24,160 bases of DNA from a virus (taxonomy: Duplodnaviria > Caudoviricetes). Shown here piece after piece: positions 1-8,486 of this stretch (its first letter is position 1; the number at the start of each line of letters is the position of its first letter). Where the stretch lies: positions 1 through 24,160 of the IMG/VR virus record IMGVR_UViG_3300035187_000068. One strand, written 5' to 3'. The position numbers and the translations under genes were made by a program. The notes under the pieces were generated by a model. It worked only from the letters and a program-made list of their open reading frames with translations, searched no databases and was not told the DNA's origin.

Positions 1-1
1 C

Positions 2-3000
2 AATACCTTCATTTAATTGATTGTAAGATATTGTTGAACCAGTAATATTCTTAGATATTCTTAATCCATATTGTGTTAAAGTAGTAGCACCAATTCCAAC
101 ACCACCACGAGAATCAATTCTCATAGCTTCTACCAAAGAAGTACCTGGAGTTAAAGAACGAGTAAAGAATGATAAGTATGCACCACCTAATGTCCCTGCT
201 GCAAATGCACCTATTTCAGCGTATAATCCACTTGATTTTAGACTTGAATCTCTACCACCCCATTTAATTGTTCCAATATTTTCTCCTGCTGCTAAAGAAC
301 TATCATTTCTTAATAAGGTAATATCTCCACCATTAGCATTTGCAATAGTTAATTGTGATGAATCAACAGTTACAACAGTTATAATTAAACCACTTCCTGT
401 ACCACCTAATAAAGTATTTGATATTGTTAATGTATCACCTGCTTTGTAATTTATACCTGCCCAAGTTAAAGTAGCACTTGTTACTATTCCACCACTAACT
501 ACTATTGTAAATAAAGCAAAATCAGCAAAAGCACTTCCAGAAATAATTGAAGATGCTACATCTGTATAAGTTCCATCTACATAACCACTACCACCATTAG
601 TAAGTGTTGTTGTTAAAATCGGACCACTTGAAACAAGATTACCTGAAACACCTATGCCTGTATTACCTGATAAAAAATTATCAGCAGTTCCATCCATATA
701 TAAGTTAAAGCGACCTGTACCTGAAGGGATAGCACCTCTAAATCCGTAGTTGTTTGTAGCACCAATTAAACTATTTTGAGCCCAAAAGCCTGTTTGATTT
801 GTTACAACGCTACCAGCACCTAATGAAGCAGCTTGTCCTGCATCATAATGATAATAGTTTGTTAAAGTAAAAGATGCTGCGGCAGTTCTTAAAGTATTAC
901 TATATCCATAAGCATTACTTGTTACATCTGACTGAACAGTTCCGTCTTGTCTTATTGCATAAGAAGTTACTGCACCTGTTATACCCTTTTCACTTCTTAA
1001 ACTATATCCTGTCAAACTTGTAGTACCAATCCCTAAACTTCCTGCAAGGTAATTGTTTGCAGTGCCATTCATGTAGAGATTCCAAGAGTTAGTTGCAGCA
1101 GCAAGATTACCTCTAAAACCATAATTGTTTGTAGCACCACTTAAAGTAGATTCTGCTAAAAAACCTGTTTGATTTGTTACAGAAGAACCTATACCTATTG
1201 TGCCTTGATTTGCATAATAATGAATTAAAGTAGGAAGTGTAAAACTTGAAGCAGCAGTTGCCACTTGAGTTGCATTGTAATAACTTGCAGTTGTTACATC
1301 TGATTGGACTACACCTCTATTAAAAATTCCATAACTTATTGTTGCTCCAGTTATTGTTTTGTCAACAACTAAACTACGCCCAGTTAAATTTGTAGAACCA
1401 ATACCTAAAGCACCATTTACAAAACTATTAGAACCTAAACTAATTAAAGAGCCATCATCGGTAATATTACTATTACCTATTGCACTTGTACCAGTAAATT
1501 TAGGTAAAGTGTTTGTAGTACCAGTTCCAGTTACTGGGTTTGTTAAAACCGCTTGATATTGTGGAATATTTAAAGTTCCACTTGTGTATGTCGCAGCACC
1601 ACTTGTACCAGTTGTAGTTAAAGTAATTGCGTTTTGTGCTCTCGTATTTGTAAAGTAAAGATTTGTAGAACCTTCACTAATGTTATCAGTAGTTAAACTA
1701 ACTGCACCAGTAAACCCATTTACAGAACTTACTGCATCTGTGTTATCTACTTTTTGCCATGCAGTTCCATCATATATCGCCCAGTCTCCTACTTTCCAAT
1801 CCGTAATGCCGTTTAAGTTAGTAGAACCTGCAACATTTACGATATAGTAATAACCTTTAGTACCAACACTTGATGTTAAGGTAGGAGTATTTGTAGATGC
1901 GTTCCATACACTTTGATAGATAGAACCACCAATCAATCCGTTGATTTGATTTTGTACTTTACCAAAAGCATCTAAGATAGAATCAGTAGCACTTACGCTA
2001 CCGCCAGTTACATTTAATCCAGTAAGTACTTTTCCAATTACTGCACTATTCGTTAAAGTAACTGAAGCTGAACCCGGTCCACTTGCAGTAGCCTCACCAG
2101 TTAAAGCAGTAATGTAGTTACCAGCAGCTTGTTTATTGTTAAAGGTATTCCAATCAGTACTTGAAAGGTAACCATCTGTTGTAGTATTAGCTTGACTAAT
2201 AGAGATAGCGTTTGATGCTATGCTTAAAGGTGCAGATGCACTTGTGATTCTATTAGTATAAGCAGTATCCCAGTTCGTTTGAGAACCAGTAGTAGGTATG
2301 CCATAACCAGCAGATGTACTAAGCACACCTGTTGTGTTATCGTAGTCAAGTCCAGTTACTGTTTCACTAATCGCTGCTCTTGCACGAGTATTAGTAAAGT
2401 ATAAGTTTGTACCCTCTGTTACTTGTGTTGTTGTATAATCACCACTTTGAGCAGTTACGACACCAGTTCTACCAAACACCGAAGTAACCGCATCAGTATT
2501 ATCATCAGTCCAAGATGCAGTTATTGTTCCTCCGTCTTGTTGGTTAAGCGTTAAAGTCTTTGTTGTTGTACCAGTAACACCAGCAGAAATGATTGAATCA
2601 TTGTAAGCAGTATTCCAAGTAGCTTGACTTGCCGTTGTAGGTATTCCGTAGCCAGTTGTAGTGCTTAAAACACCAGTTGTAGAGTTATAGTCTAAACCAG
2701 TTACACTCTCGCTAAAAGCAGCCCTTGAACGAGCATCTGTATAGTAAAGGTTAGTACCCTCTGCTATGTTAGTCGTAGTACCAGCAGTCTTAGTCCATAA
2801 GTCAGTAGCAGCTACATATTGTAAAATATCTCCGTTATTAGGATTTTGAGCAGAAACATCATGTAACTCATCCATCTCATATCCATTCTGTATTCTTACC
2901 TCTACTACTCCTTGAGTAGGATGTGAACGAACTACTATACCAACATACACTAAATGAATTGGTGCGTAAGGCTTAGTTGATGTCCACGCACCAGCATTTG

Positions 3001-3781
3001 TACCACTTAAATAAAGTTGAGTACCTACTGGGTATGCTTGAGTATCTAAATTGTTTAAAGAACCTAATACTACTACATAACCATTATTCATGTTAGTAAT
3101 ATCAAATTGCACTACTCCATATGTTTGAGCAGATGTAGCATCTCCACTTGCAATAGCTTTAGTAACAGTTGGCAAGTTGCCTTGACCACCATTAATATAA
3201 ACTACTGTTCCCTTAGCTAAGGTTGCACCAGTTGAGTTATAAACTTCAGTTACAAGTCTTGTAGCCTCTGCATCATCCCAAGAAGCGGTTATAGTACCAC
3301 CATCTTGTTGAGTTAAAGTAAGTGTTTTAGTTGCAAGACCAGTTACGGCTGCACTATTAATCTTATCATTATAAGCAGTAGTCCATAAAGATTGGTTAGC
3401 ATCAGTTGGAATTGAATAACCACTCGCTAAACCTAAAGCTAATGTACCAGCAGTAGTAATTGGATTTCCGCTTATCGTAAGTCCAGTAGGAACACTCATG
3501 TTTACAGAGGTAACAGTACCCACATAAGTTTCGGTATTGTTCACCCAGCTTGTTCCGTTATAAACTAAGGCTTGACCAGTCAAAGGGTTAGTGATTGTTA
3601 CTCCGCCTAATTGGGTCAAAGTATAATCTCCCTCTTGTGCTACTACGTTACCAACTCGACCAAATACAGAATAAACGTTATTAGGCAAAGGGTAGCCTCC
3701 TTGAGGAGCCTCAATAGTTACTACCGTTGTGTCTACGTTTATGTCTATTTGGTCTTGATTTATTGTTATCTCTGTACTCAT
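2..3781 (-). CDS. Large tail fibre / receptor-binding protein, >=1260 aa, 3' end outside the window (absent from ORF track)
   Basis: Hand translation from ATG at 3781 (TAATG overlap with the upstream stop) gives MSTEITINQDQIDINVDTTVVTIEAPQGGYPLPNNVYSVFGRVGNVVAQEGDY... with no stop before the window edge. It is Thr/Gly/Ser-rich, has repeated shaft motifs (VTSVFGRTG, EGTNLYFTNTRARAA, GYLSSTDWNTFNNKQ) and GxxGIG-delimited ~124-aa repeats, and lies at the distal end of the tail module. Confidence 0.88.
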   Translation of the reverse strand, partial: MSTEITINQDQIDINVDTTVVTIEAPQGGYPLPNNVYSVFGRVGNVVAQEGDYTLTQLGGVTITNPLTGQALVYNGTSWVNNTETYVGTVTSVNMSVPTGLTISGNPITTAGTLALGLASGYSIPTDANQSLWTTAYNDKINSAAVTGLATKTLTLTQQDGGTITASWDDAEATRLVTEVYNSTGATLAKGTVVYINGGQGNLPTVTKAIASGDATSAQTYGVVQFDITNMNNGYVVVLGSLNNLDTQAYPVGTQLYLSGTNAGAWTSTKPYAPIHLVYVGIVVRSHPTQGVVEVRIQNGYEMDELHDVSAQNPNNGDILQYVAATDLWTKTAGTTTNIAEGTNLYYTDARSRAAFSESVTGLDYNSTTGVLSTTTGYGIPTTASQATWNTAYNDSIISAGVTGTTTKTLTLNQQDGGTITASWTDDNTDAVTSVFGRTGVVTAQSGDYTTTQVTEGTNLYFTNTRARAAISETVTGLDYDNTTGVLSTSAGYGIPTTGSQTNWDTAYTNRITSASAPLSIASNAISISQANTTTDGYLSSTDWNTFNNKQAAGNYITALTGEATASGPGSASVTLTNSAVIGKVLTGLNVTGGSVSATDSILDAFGKVQNQINGLIGGSIYQSVWNASTNTPTLTSSVGTKGYYYIVNVAGSTNLNGITDWKVGDWAIYDGTAWQKVDNTDAVSSVNGFTGAVSLTTDNISEGSTNLYFTNTRAQNAITLTTTGTSGAATYTSGTLNIPQYQAVLTNPVTGTGTTNTLPKFTGTSAIGNSNITDDGSLISLGSNSFVNGALGIGSTNLTGRSLVVDKTITGATISYGIFNRGVVQSDVTTASYYNATQVATAASSFTLPTLIHYYANQGTIGIGSSVTNQTGFLAESTLSGATNNYGFRGNLAAATNSWNLYMNGTANNYLAGSLGIGTTSLTGYSLRSEKGITGAVTSYAIRQDGTVQSDVTSNAYGYSNTLRTAAASFTLTNYYHYDAGQAASLGAGSVVTNQTGFWAQNSLIGATNNYGFRGAIPSGTGRFNLYMDGTADNFLSGNTGIGVSGNLVSSGPILTTTLTNGGSGYVDGTYTDVASSIISGSAFADFALFTIVVSGGIVTSATLTWAGINYKAGDTLTISNTLLGGTGSGLIITVVTVDSSQLTIANANGGDITLLRNDSSLAAGENIGTIKWGGRDSSLKSSGLYAEIGAFAAGTLGGAYLSFFTRSLTPGTSLVEAMRIDSRGGVGIGATTLTQYGLRISKNITGSTISYNQLNEGI
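668..1414 (-). repeat. Tandem ~124-aa protein repeats in the large fibre (units start at 1414 and 1042; a third starts at ~106)
   Basis: Unit 1: GALGIG..KTITGATISY..VQSDVT..TNQTGF..GATNNYGFRG..NLYMNGTANNYL. Unit 2: GSLGIG..KGITGAVTSY..VQSDVT..TNQTGF..GATNNYGFRG..NLYMDGTADNFL. Unit 3 begins GGVGIG..KNITGSTISY. Confidence 0.85.
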
Positions 3782-4146
3782 TAGATTTGTGTTATATCTT
3801 GATAAACTATGAACGTTCCCCAAATATAAGTTTTCGTAAAGTCATCTGGGAATACTACTGTCATGTCATAAACATAGTTTCCAGCAGCTATTGTTATAGG
3901 ATAATCTACCGTTATAAGATTATTATTTACCCCACCTATTGTTATGCCACCGCCAGTGCTATCTAATGTAGCAGAAACAGTTGTAGACTTTATGCTTGGT
4001 CTGATTTGAATTTCACAATAAGCACCAGTCAAATTGATAGCCACATCGTTTGCAAATAAAGCAAATGTTTGAGCCCAGTTATCATTTTTCCAAATTTGGA
4101 TATTATACGTTGCTGGTCTTAAATCAGCACTATTGTTACAAGACAT
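3781..4146 (-). CDS. Small beta-rich tail-tip / fibre-attachment protein (BppU-N / T5 p132 LtfC-like)
   Basis: 121 aa with the pattern YNIQIWKND...INLTG...QIR...GNYVYDM...YIWGTFIV, typical of small phage collar/adaptor proteins. Translationally coupled to the large fibre gene. Confidence 0.55.
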   Translation of the reverse strand: MSCNNSADLRPATYNIQIWKNDNWAQTFALFANDVAINLTGAYCEIQIRPSIKSTTVSATLDSTGGGITIGGVNNNLITVDYPITIAAGNYVYDMTVVFPDDFTKTYIWGTFIVYQDITQI

Positions 4147-4161
4147 AATAAGATATTTTTA

Positions 4162-4169
4162 CAAATTTA
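4162..4169 (-). promoter_or_regulatory. Bacteroidota sigmaA-type -7 box TAAATTTG
   Basis: Matches TAnnTTTG in the intergenic gap, 15 nt upstream of ATG 4146. A TTG lies 18 nt further upstream. Confidence 0.6.
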
Positions 4170-4179
4170 CTAATTTACT

Positions 4180-4674
4180 TTAACAAGCAACTGGAGTATT
4201 ATTTATAGTAGAGGTTGCCAAGTTAAATCTTGCTCTAAAACCAGCACCTGTAGTATTCCAAGTTCTAAAGTGTAAGAATAAACCACTATAGCCACTCATA
4301 GGGAATATCGTTGTCAATGTGTAATCTTCATAAAACACAGTTCCAGCAACAGGGGTTGCCGTATTAGTCCAAGCTATTGTGTAAATATCTAAAAATAAAG
4401 AACAAGCAGTTAGGGAAGATGTATCTCCATTTGAGGAAAGTTCCCATTTGTAAACACCTGTTATTGGGGTTAAGTCGGATTTAACAGGCAACTGATTTAG
4501 GGCTTTAGAAGTAATAGGATTAATAACCACATAAGCCTCAGCCTCGTTTCTTGTAACCATAAGGCTACCAGGAGGAGTAGATGATCCAGCTAATTGGAAT
4601 ACCCCAGTATTAACAGCATCCAAAAGGTTATTTCTGCTTATACATTGATTATTTGCTAGTCCTGCCCAACTCAT
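4180..4674 (-). CDS. Hypothetical tail-associated protein (164 aa)
   Basis: Intact ORF overlapping the end of the S74 fibre gene; Thr/aromatic-rich C-terminal half; no family recognised. Confidence 0.7.
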   Translation of the reverse strand: MSWAGLANNQCISRNNLLDAVNTGVFQLAGSSTPPGSLMVTRNEAEAYVVINPITSKALNQLPVKSDLTPITGVYKWELSSNGDTSSLTACSLFLDIYTIAWTNTATPVAGTVFYEDYTLTTIFPMSGYSGLFLHFRTWNTTGAGFRARFNLATSTINNTPVAC

Positions 4675-5893
4675 GTTCTAATTTTTTTAGCTTATTTTCT
4701 AAGTATTGAATCTTGGCAACCATAACTTGATTGTACGCTACATTTAAAAAACCATCTTCTCCTTCTGACACAGCAGAAGGTATAACCTCAGATACCTCTT
4801 GTGCGTAATATCCTACCTCTTCCTTGCCATTTTTAACGTAAAGGTAGGCTTGTATATCACCGACATTTTGAGGGGCAAAATTCGCCTCTAATTGCGTTTT
4901 AAGACGCTTATCTGATGACTCAAAGAAACCTGTTGCCGTTAGGTTGCCTGATAGGGTTCCTCCAGTTAAAGGTAAGTAGGTGCTTGAAGCAGCAGAAGTG
5001 GTTAGGTAAGTACTATTGTCATATGACACACTTGTGCCACTAACCTTTACAAAACCAGTACCATTGAGTTGATTTTGCTTACCATTAAAGGTATTCCAAT
5101 CTGTGCTACTCAGGAATCCATTAGAGCCTGAACCTGCCTGACTAATGCTGAATACACCAGTAGAACTATTATAGGATAAAGGAGCTGTAGCTGAAAAGAA
5201 ACCAGCAGCTACATAGGTTGGTGTAAAGTTAATCCAACCGCCTGGAGTATATCTTAATAACTGACCATTAGAAGGACTTGTTATAGTCACATCTGTTAAA
5301 TCTTCTAAAGCTGGTGCAGGTGGAGTTGACCACGTTAAATCACCTCTTAGATATTGGCTTGTTGTTCCTGTTCCTAAAGATTGTTGTTTGGCATCCCAAT
5401 AGTTATAATCAGCAGCCGTAACATATCCTGCTGTTGTACTATTTGCAGCAAGTAAGGTATATCTACCAGTTGCACTATTATATGTCAATGCAGAGCCTAC
5501 GTTAGCACTAAAAGCAGCCCTTGCTCTTGTATTTGTGTAATATAAATTTGTTGAACCCTCTGTAACTAAGTCTGTATTGTAATCACCACTAACTGCTACA
5601 ACTGCTCCAGTACGACCAAAAACGGAAGTAACCGCACCAGCAGCAGCAGAGTAAATTGGAATATTCAAAACTCCAGTAGTACTATTATAAGTTGCCGCAC
5701 CACTCGTTCCAGTAGTCGTTAATGATAACGCTGCCCCACCAGATGCCGATAATGTGTCTCCAGTTAATGTTAAACCAGAGCCAATTATTATTTTAAATAA
5801 ATCTCCTAAGTTATCAGCCCCAGTAATTACATTACCAGAACCGCCCATAAAGGCAAGACTTGCAGACCCAGTTACTTGTAATTGATGTGCCAT
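4649..5893 (-). CDS. Tail fibre with C-terminal intramolecular chaperone (Peptidase S74 / ICA-like)
   Basis: Gly/Ser/Thr-rich shaft, then SSDKRLK...GYYAQEV..VIPSAV...VAYNQV and a terminal coiled coil (KIQYLENKLKKLE), the signature of auto-cleaving chaperone domains. Confidence 0.82.
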   Translation of the reverse strand: MAHQLQVTGSASLAFMGGSGNVITGADNLGDLFKIIIGSGLTLTGDTLSASGGAALSLTTTGTSGAATYNSTTGVLNIPIYSAAAGAVTSVFGRTGAVVAVSGDYNTDLVTEGSTNLYYTNTRARAAFSANVGSALTYNSATGRYTLLAANSTTAGYVTAADYNYWDAKQQSLGTGTTSQYLRGDLTWSTPPAPALEDLTDVTITSPSNGQLLRYTPGGWINFTPTYVAAGFFSATAPLSYNSSTGVFSISQAGSGSNGFLSSTDWNTFNGKQNQLNGTGFVKVSGTSVSYDNSTYLTTSAASSTYLPLTGGTLSGNLTATGFFESSDKRLKTQLEANFAPQNVGDIQAYLYVKNGKEEVGYYAQEVSEVIPSAVSEGEDGFLNVAYNQVMVAKIQYLENKLKKLEHELGRTSK

Positions 5894-5895
5894 AA

Positions 5896-6585
5896 TTAAT
5901 TAAATAATCCTCTTACAAATTCATCAGCTTCTAATGCTCTACCAAAAGTCAATACACCAGTTAGTGTATTAAACTTTACTTGCTCACTTGTTGGAACACC
6001 ACTTGTGATTATATTTCTTACATCTATTCCACCTCTTGATACATAAACACACTCTTTACCAATCATGTCAGCCCAAGTTATTGTAGTTTCGCCACCAGTT
6101 GCAGTATATTGTTTATTGTAAACTTGACCCTCTCTAATAATTACACCGCCTGGAGTTATTTGTGTTCCAGCAACTCCATAAGCACCGCTACCTTGTAATG
6201 TTACGCTATATGTTCCCACGTCTTTATAAGGTGCGTTTAATTGTAGGCTCGTTAAGTTACAAGTACCACTAATTACTACTAACCCATCAACACCGTTATC
6301 AATAGCAAAGTCAATTACAATCGGAGTTCTATCTAATTGTAAATCTAATAATGCTAAATAGTTGTATTGATTATTTAAGGCAACTAAACCATCACAAGTT
6401 ACTTGCCAACTTGCTACATCGTTTTTATATTCTCTAAACCATGCAGAACTTTGAGATGTAACCTCCATTTGCTCAACATTTACACTAAAAGTGCAATTAG
6501 TAGAACAAGCAAAAGGTATGTCTTCGTAAGGAGTTACGGAAGTGTTCCTTTTGTATAAAATCATATTATTTCCTATAACTGCCAT
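5896..6585 (-). CDS. Second tail-tube-fold protein with ~85-aa C-terminal extension (tail-tip ring candidate)
   Basis: N-terminal ~140 aa (PFACSTNCTFSVN..EVTS..WQVTCDGL..SGTCNLTSLQLNAPYKDVGTYSVTLQGSG) aligns by eye with the tube protein at 10917-11354 and resembles TP901-1-type tube proteins. Confidence 0.7.
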   Translation of the reverse strand: MAVIGNNMILYKRNTSVTPYEDIPFACSTNCTFSVNVEQMEVTSQSSAWFREYKNDVASWQVTCDGLVALNNQYNYLALLDLQLDRTPIVIDFAIDNGVDGLVVISGTCNLTSLQLNAPYKDVGTYSVTLQGSGAYGVAGTQITPGGVIIREGQVYNKQYTATGGETTITWADMIGKECVYVSRGGIDVRNIITSGVPTSEQVKFNTLTGVLTFGRALEADEFVRGLFN

Positions 6586-6589
6586 ATGT

Positions 6590-6597
6590 CAAAGTTA
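6590..6597 (-). promoter_or_regulatory. -7 box TAACTTTG, 4 nt upstream of ATG (probable leaderless transcript)
   Basis: Minus strand reads TAACTTTG-ACAT-ATG. Confidence 0.6.
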
Positions 6598-6599
6598 AT

Positions 6600-8486
6600 T
6601 TATTTAAAGTATTGTATGTAATTTATTGTTGCATCAATATCATCGTTACTAATTTCTAATAAAGTTCCGCTTATTGTATTTGCACCATAATTAATTGAAC
6701 TATTGCCTAACATATAAGAATTAGTAGATACATTTATTTGTGCTGGGTCTGTATCAGTTGCCTTCAACATTTTAGATGCGTTTACAATTGGATAACTTGT
6801 ATTTGTAGTTTCAAAGCTACTTAATGAACAATCTATGTTAATTATATTCTTACCATATGAGTTTATATATTGTCTCATTAGTAAATCAGTCATACTACTA
6901 AATAGCCCAGTTATGCCAAATCTATACCAGTTTAAAAGTGGACTACCATCTGATTTTAAGAACACACCAACAGATGTAGGGAACCCAGATATTCCCACAT
7001 AGCCAAAAGGGATATCTACATCTTTAACGTATTCTTTATTATTATTTATGTAAGCAAAGTAATCTACTTTGTTATAGTCGTATTCAGCAGTTACTACAAA
7101 TTGAGTTACAGTACAAGTATTACCTACTGAATTATTAAACTCTACTGTTAATTGACCACTTATAGGGCAAGGTAAAGTAGAGAAAGAAAACTCACCATTT
7201 GCTCCCTCTGGTATTGTATATCCAGAACTTGCAGTACTTTGCCAGTCTTTATTATTATTTAGGTAATATGTTGTTGTACCGTCAAATACAGTCATTGAAA
7301 CATAACCTCTTGTACCACTTCCACCATTTAAAAATAACATTGAATAATTTAATACCGCATTAGCACTAATTTTAGGCATGAAGTTGTTAATCATTCTTGT
7401 ATAACCACCTCCACCTCCTCTTACTAATGTTATTTGAGTATAAGACTCTGTTGCATTATTTACCAGAAAAAACGATGAACCAACTCCAACGTTAGTTACT
7501 GTCCAAGATTGCGGAGCAGATGTTAAATTAGGATATATTTTTAAATTACCATTATCAACTAAGTTTTTATCTTGATTAATTTCAATAGAAGTTTGTACTC
7601 TATTAAATCCTTTTAAGATAAGTTTAAACTGCTCATTGTTTATAAAATATAAACCGCTTGTATTACCAATGTATCCTTGTATTGTACTTGATGTATTTAA
7701 AGTACTTCCACTTGATACAACTGCTCCTAAGTAATTGTATTGTGTAAAGTAATTATTTGTATTTGCAAATTCGTTAATTGCTACAACCCACCATTTCCCA
7801 CCAGCTTGGAATAGTCTACAACCAAAAGACTTTATTAATTTATTTAATACGTCAAAGCTATTCTCATAAGTATAGTCTTCGTTTTTAAAAGTTCTTATAG
7901 GTAAGAACGTTTGACTAAATGGCTCGTATTGTGTTCCATCTGCTCTATCATTCATATCAAGAGCAAAGTAGGAACAAACTGTCATCAAGTTAGGGTTAGT
8001 TGGAAAACTTAAAGAGTTTAAACAAGTTAAGATATAAGTTAATACACTTAACTGACTATTTGTTCTGTTACCAACACTATTAATATTTAAAGGAATATTT
8101 CTAAGCATCCCTAAACCATCGACACAATTAAAAGACAATTGCTTTCTGCCAGTTGAATAACTTATAGATACATTATCACTTAGAGTATATCCACACCATT
8201 CTAAGTCAGAGCCTAAATATAATTTGGCAAAATACTTTCTATCGTTTACAGTAACAAAGTCTGGAATGTTGGATAAGTTATCTGTAACGTCAATAGTACA
8301 AGACAATTCACTTGCATAGATTGCTTCATAAATATCATCACCGCTTGGAATATATTGTAAAGATATATCTACTCCAATATACTCTATTAAAGTAGGAGCA
8401 GATGGTAAATCTTCTTGTAAATACAAGTAAGCCGTTTTACTTGTTTTAGTAGCATATGTAATTTTGTATTTATCGTAGTATGCCAT
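6600..8486 (-). CDS. Tail tip / baseplate hub-like structural protein (628 aa)
   Basis: Directly after the tape measure gene (TAATG overlap); beta-rich; motifs WCGY, CVDGLGMLRNI and LIKSFGCRLFQAGGKWWVV resemble hub proteins of Bacteroidota siphoviruses. Confidence 0.65.
   Translation of the reverse strand: MAYYDKYKITYATKTSKTAYLYLQEDLPSAPTLIEYIGVDISLQYIPSGDDIYEAIYASELSCTIDVTDNLSNIPDFVTVNDRKYFAKLYLGSDLEWCGYTLSDNVSISYSTGRKQLSFNCVDGLGMLRNIPLNINSVGNRTNSQLSVLTYILTCLNSLSFPTNPNLMTVCSYFALDMNDRADGTQYEPFSQTFLPIRTFKNEDYTYENSFDVLNKLIKSFGCRLFQAGGKWWVVAINEFANTNNYFTQYNYLGAVVSSGSTLNTSSTIQGYIGNTSGLYFINNEQFKLILKGFNRVQTSIEINQDKNLVDNGNLKIYPNLTSAPQSWTVTNVGVGSSFFLVNNATESYTQITLVRGGGGGYTRMINNFMPKISANAVLNYSMLFLNGGSGTRGYVSMTVFDGTTTYYLNNNKDWQSTASSGYTIPEGANGEFSFSTLPCPISGQLTVEFNNSVGNTCTVTQFVVTAEYDYNKVDYFAYINNNKEYVKDVDIPFGYVGISGFPTSVGVFLKSDGSPLLNWYRFGITGLFSSMTDLLMRQYINSYGKNIINIDCSLSSFETTNTSYPIVNASKMLKATDTDPAQINVSTNSYMLGNSSINYGANTISGTLLEISNDDIDATINYIQYFK

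Noticed and set aside
668-1414. Fibre repeats as a DGR template/variable pair
   Set aside because: Both copies are in-frame coding, differences are not adenine-specific, and there is no reverse transcriptase in the window.
1-3780. Apparent non-coding or recoded region
   Set aside because: It is one open frame under the standard code, missed only because its stop lies outside the window. There is no sign of stop-codon reassignment anywhere.
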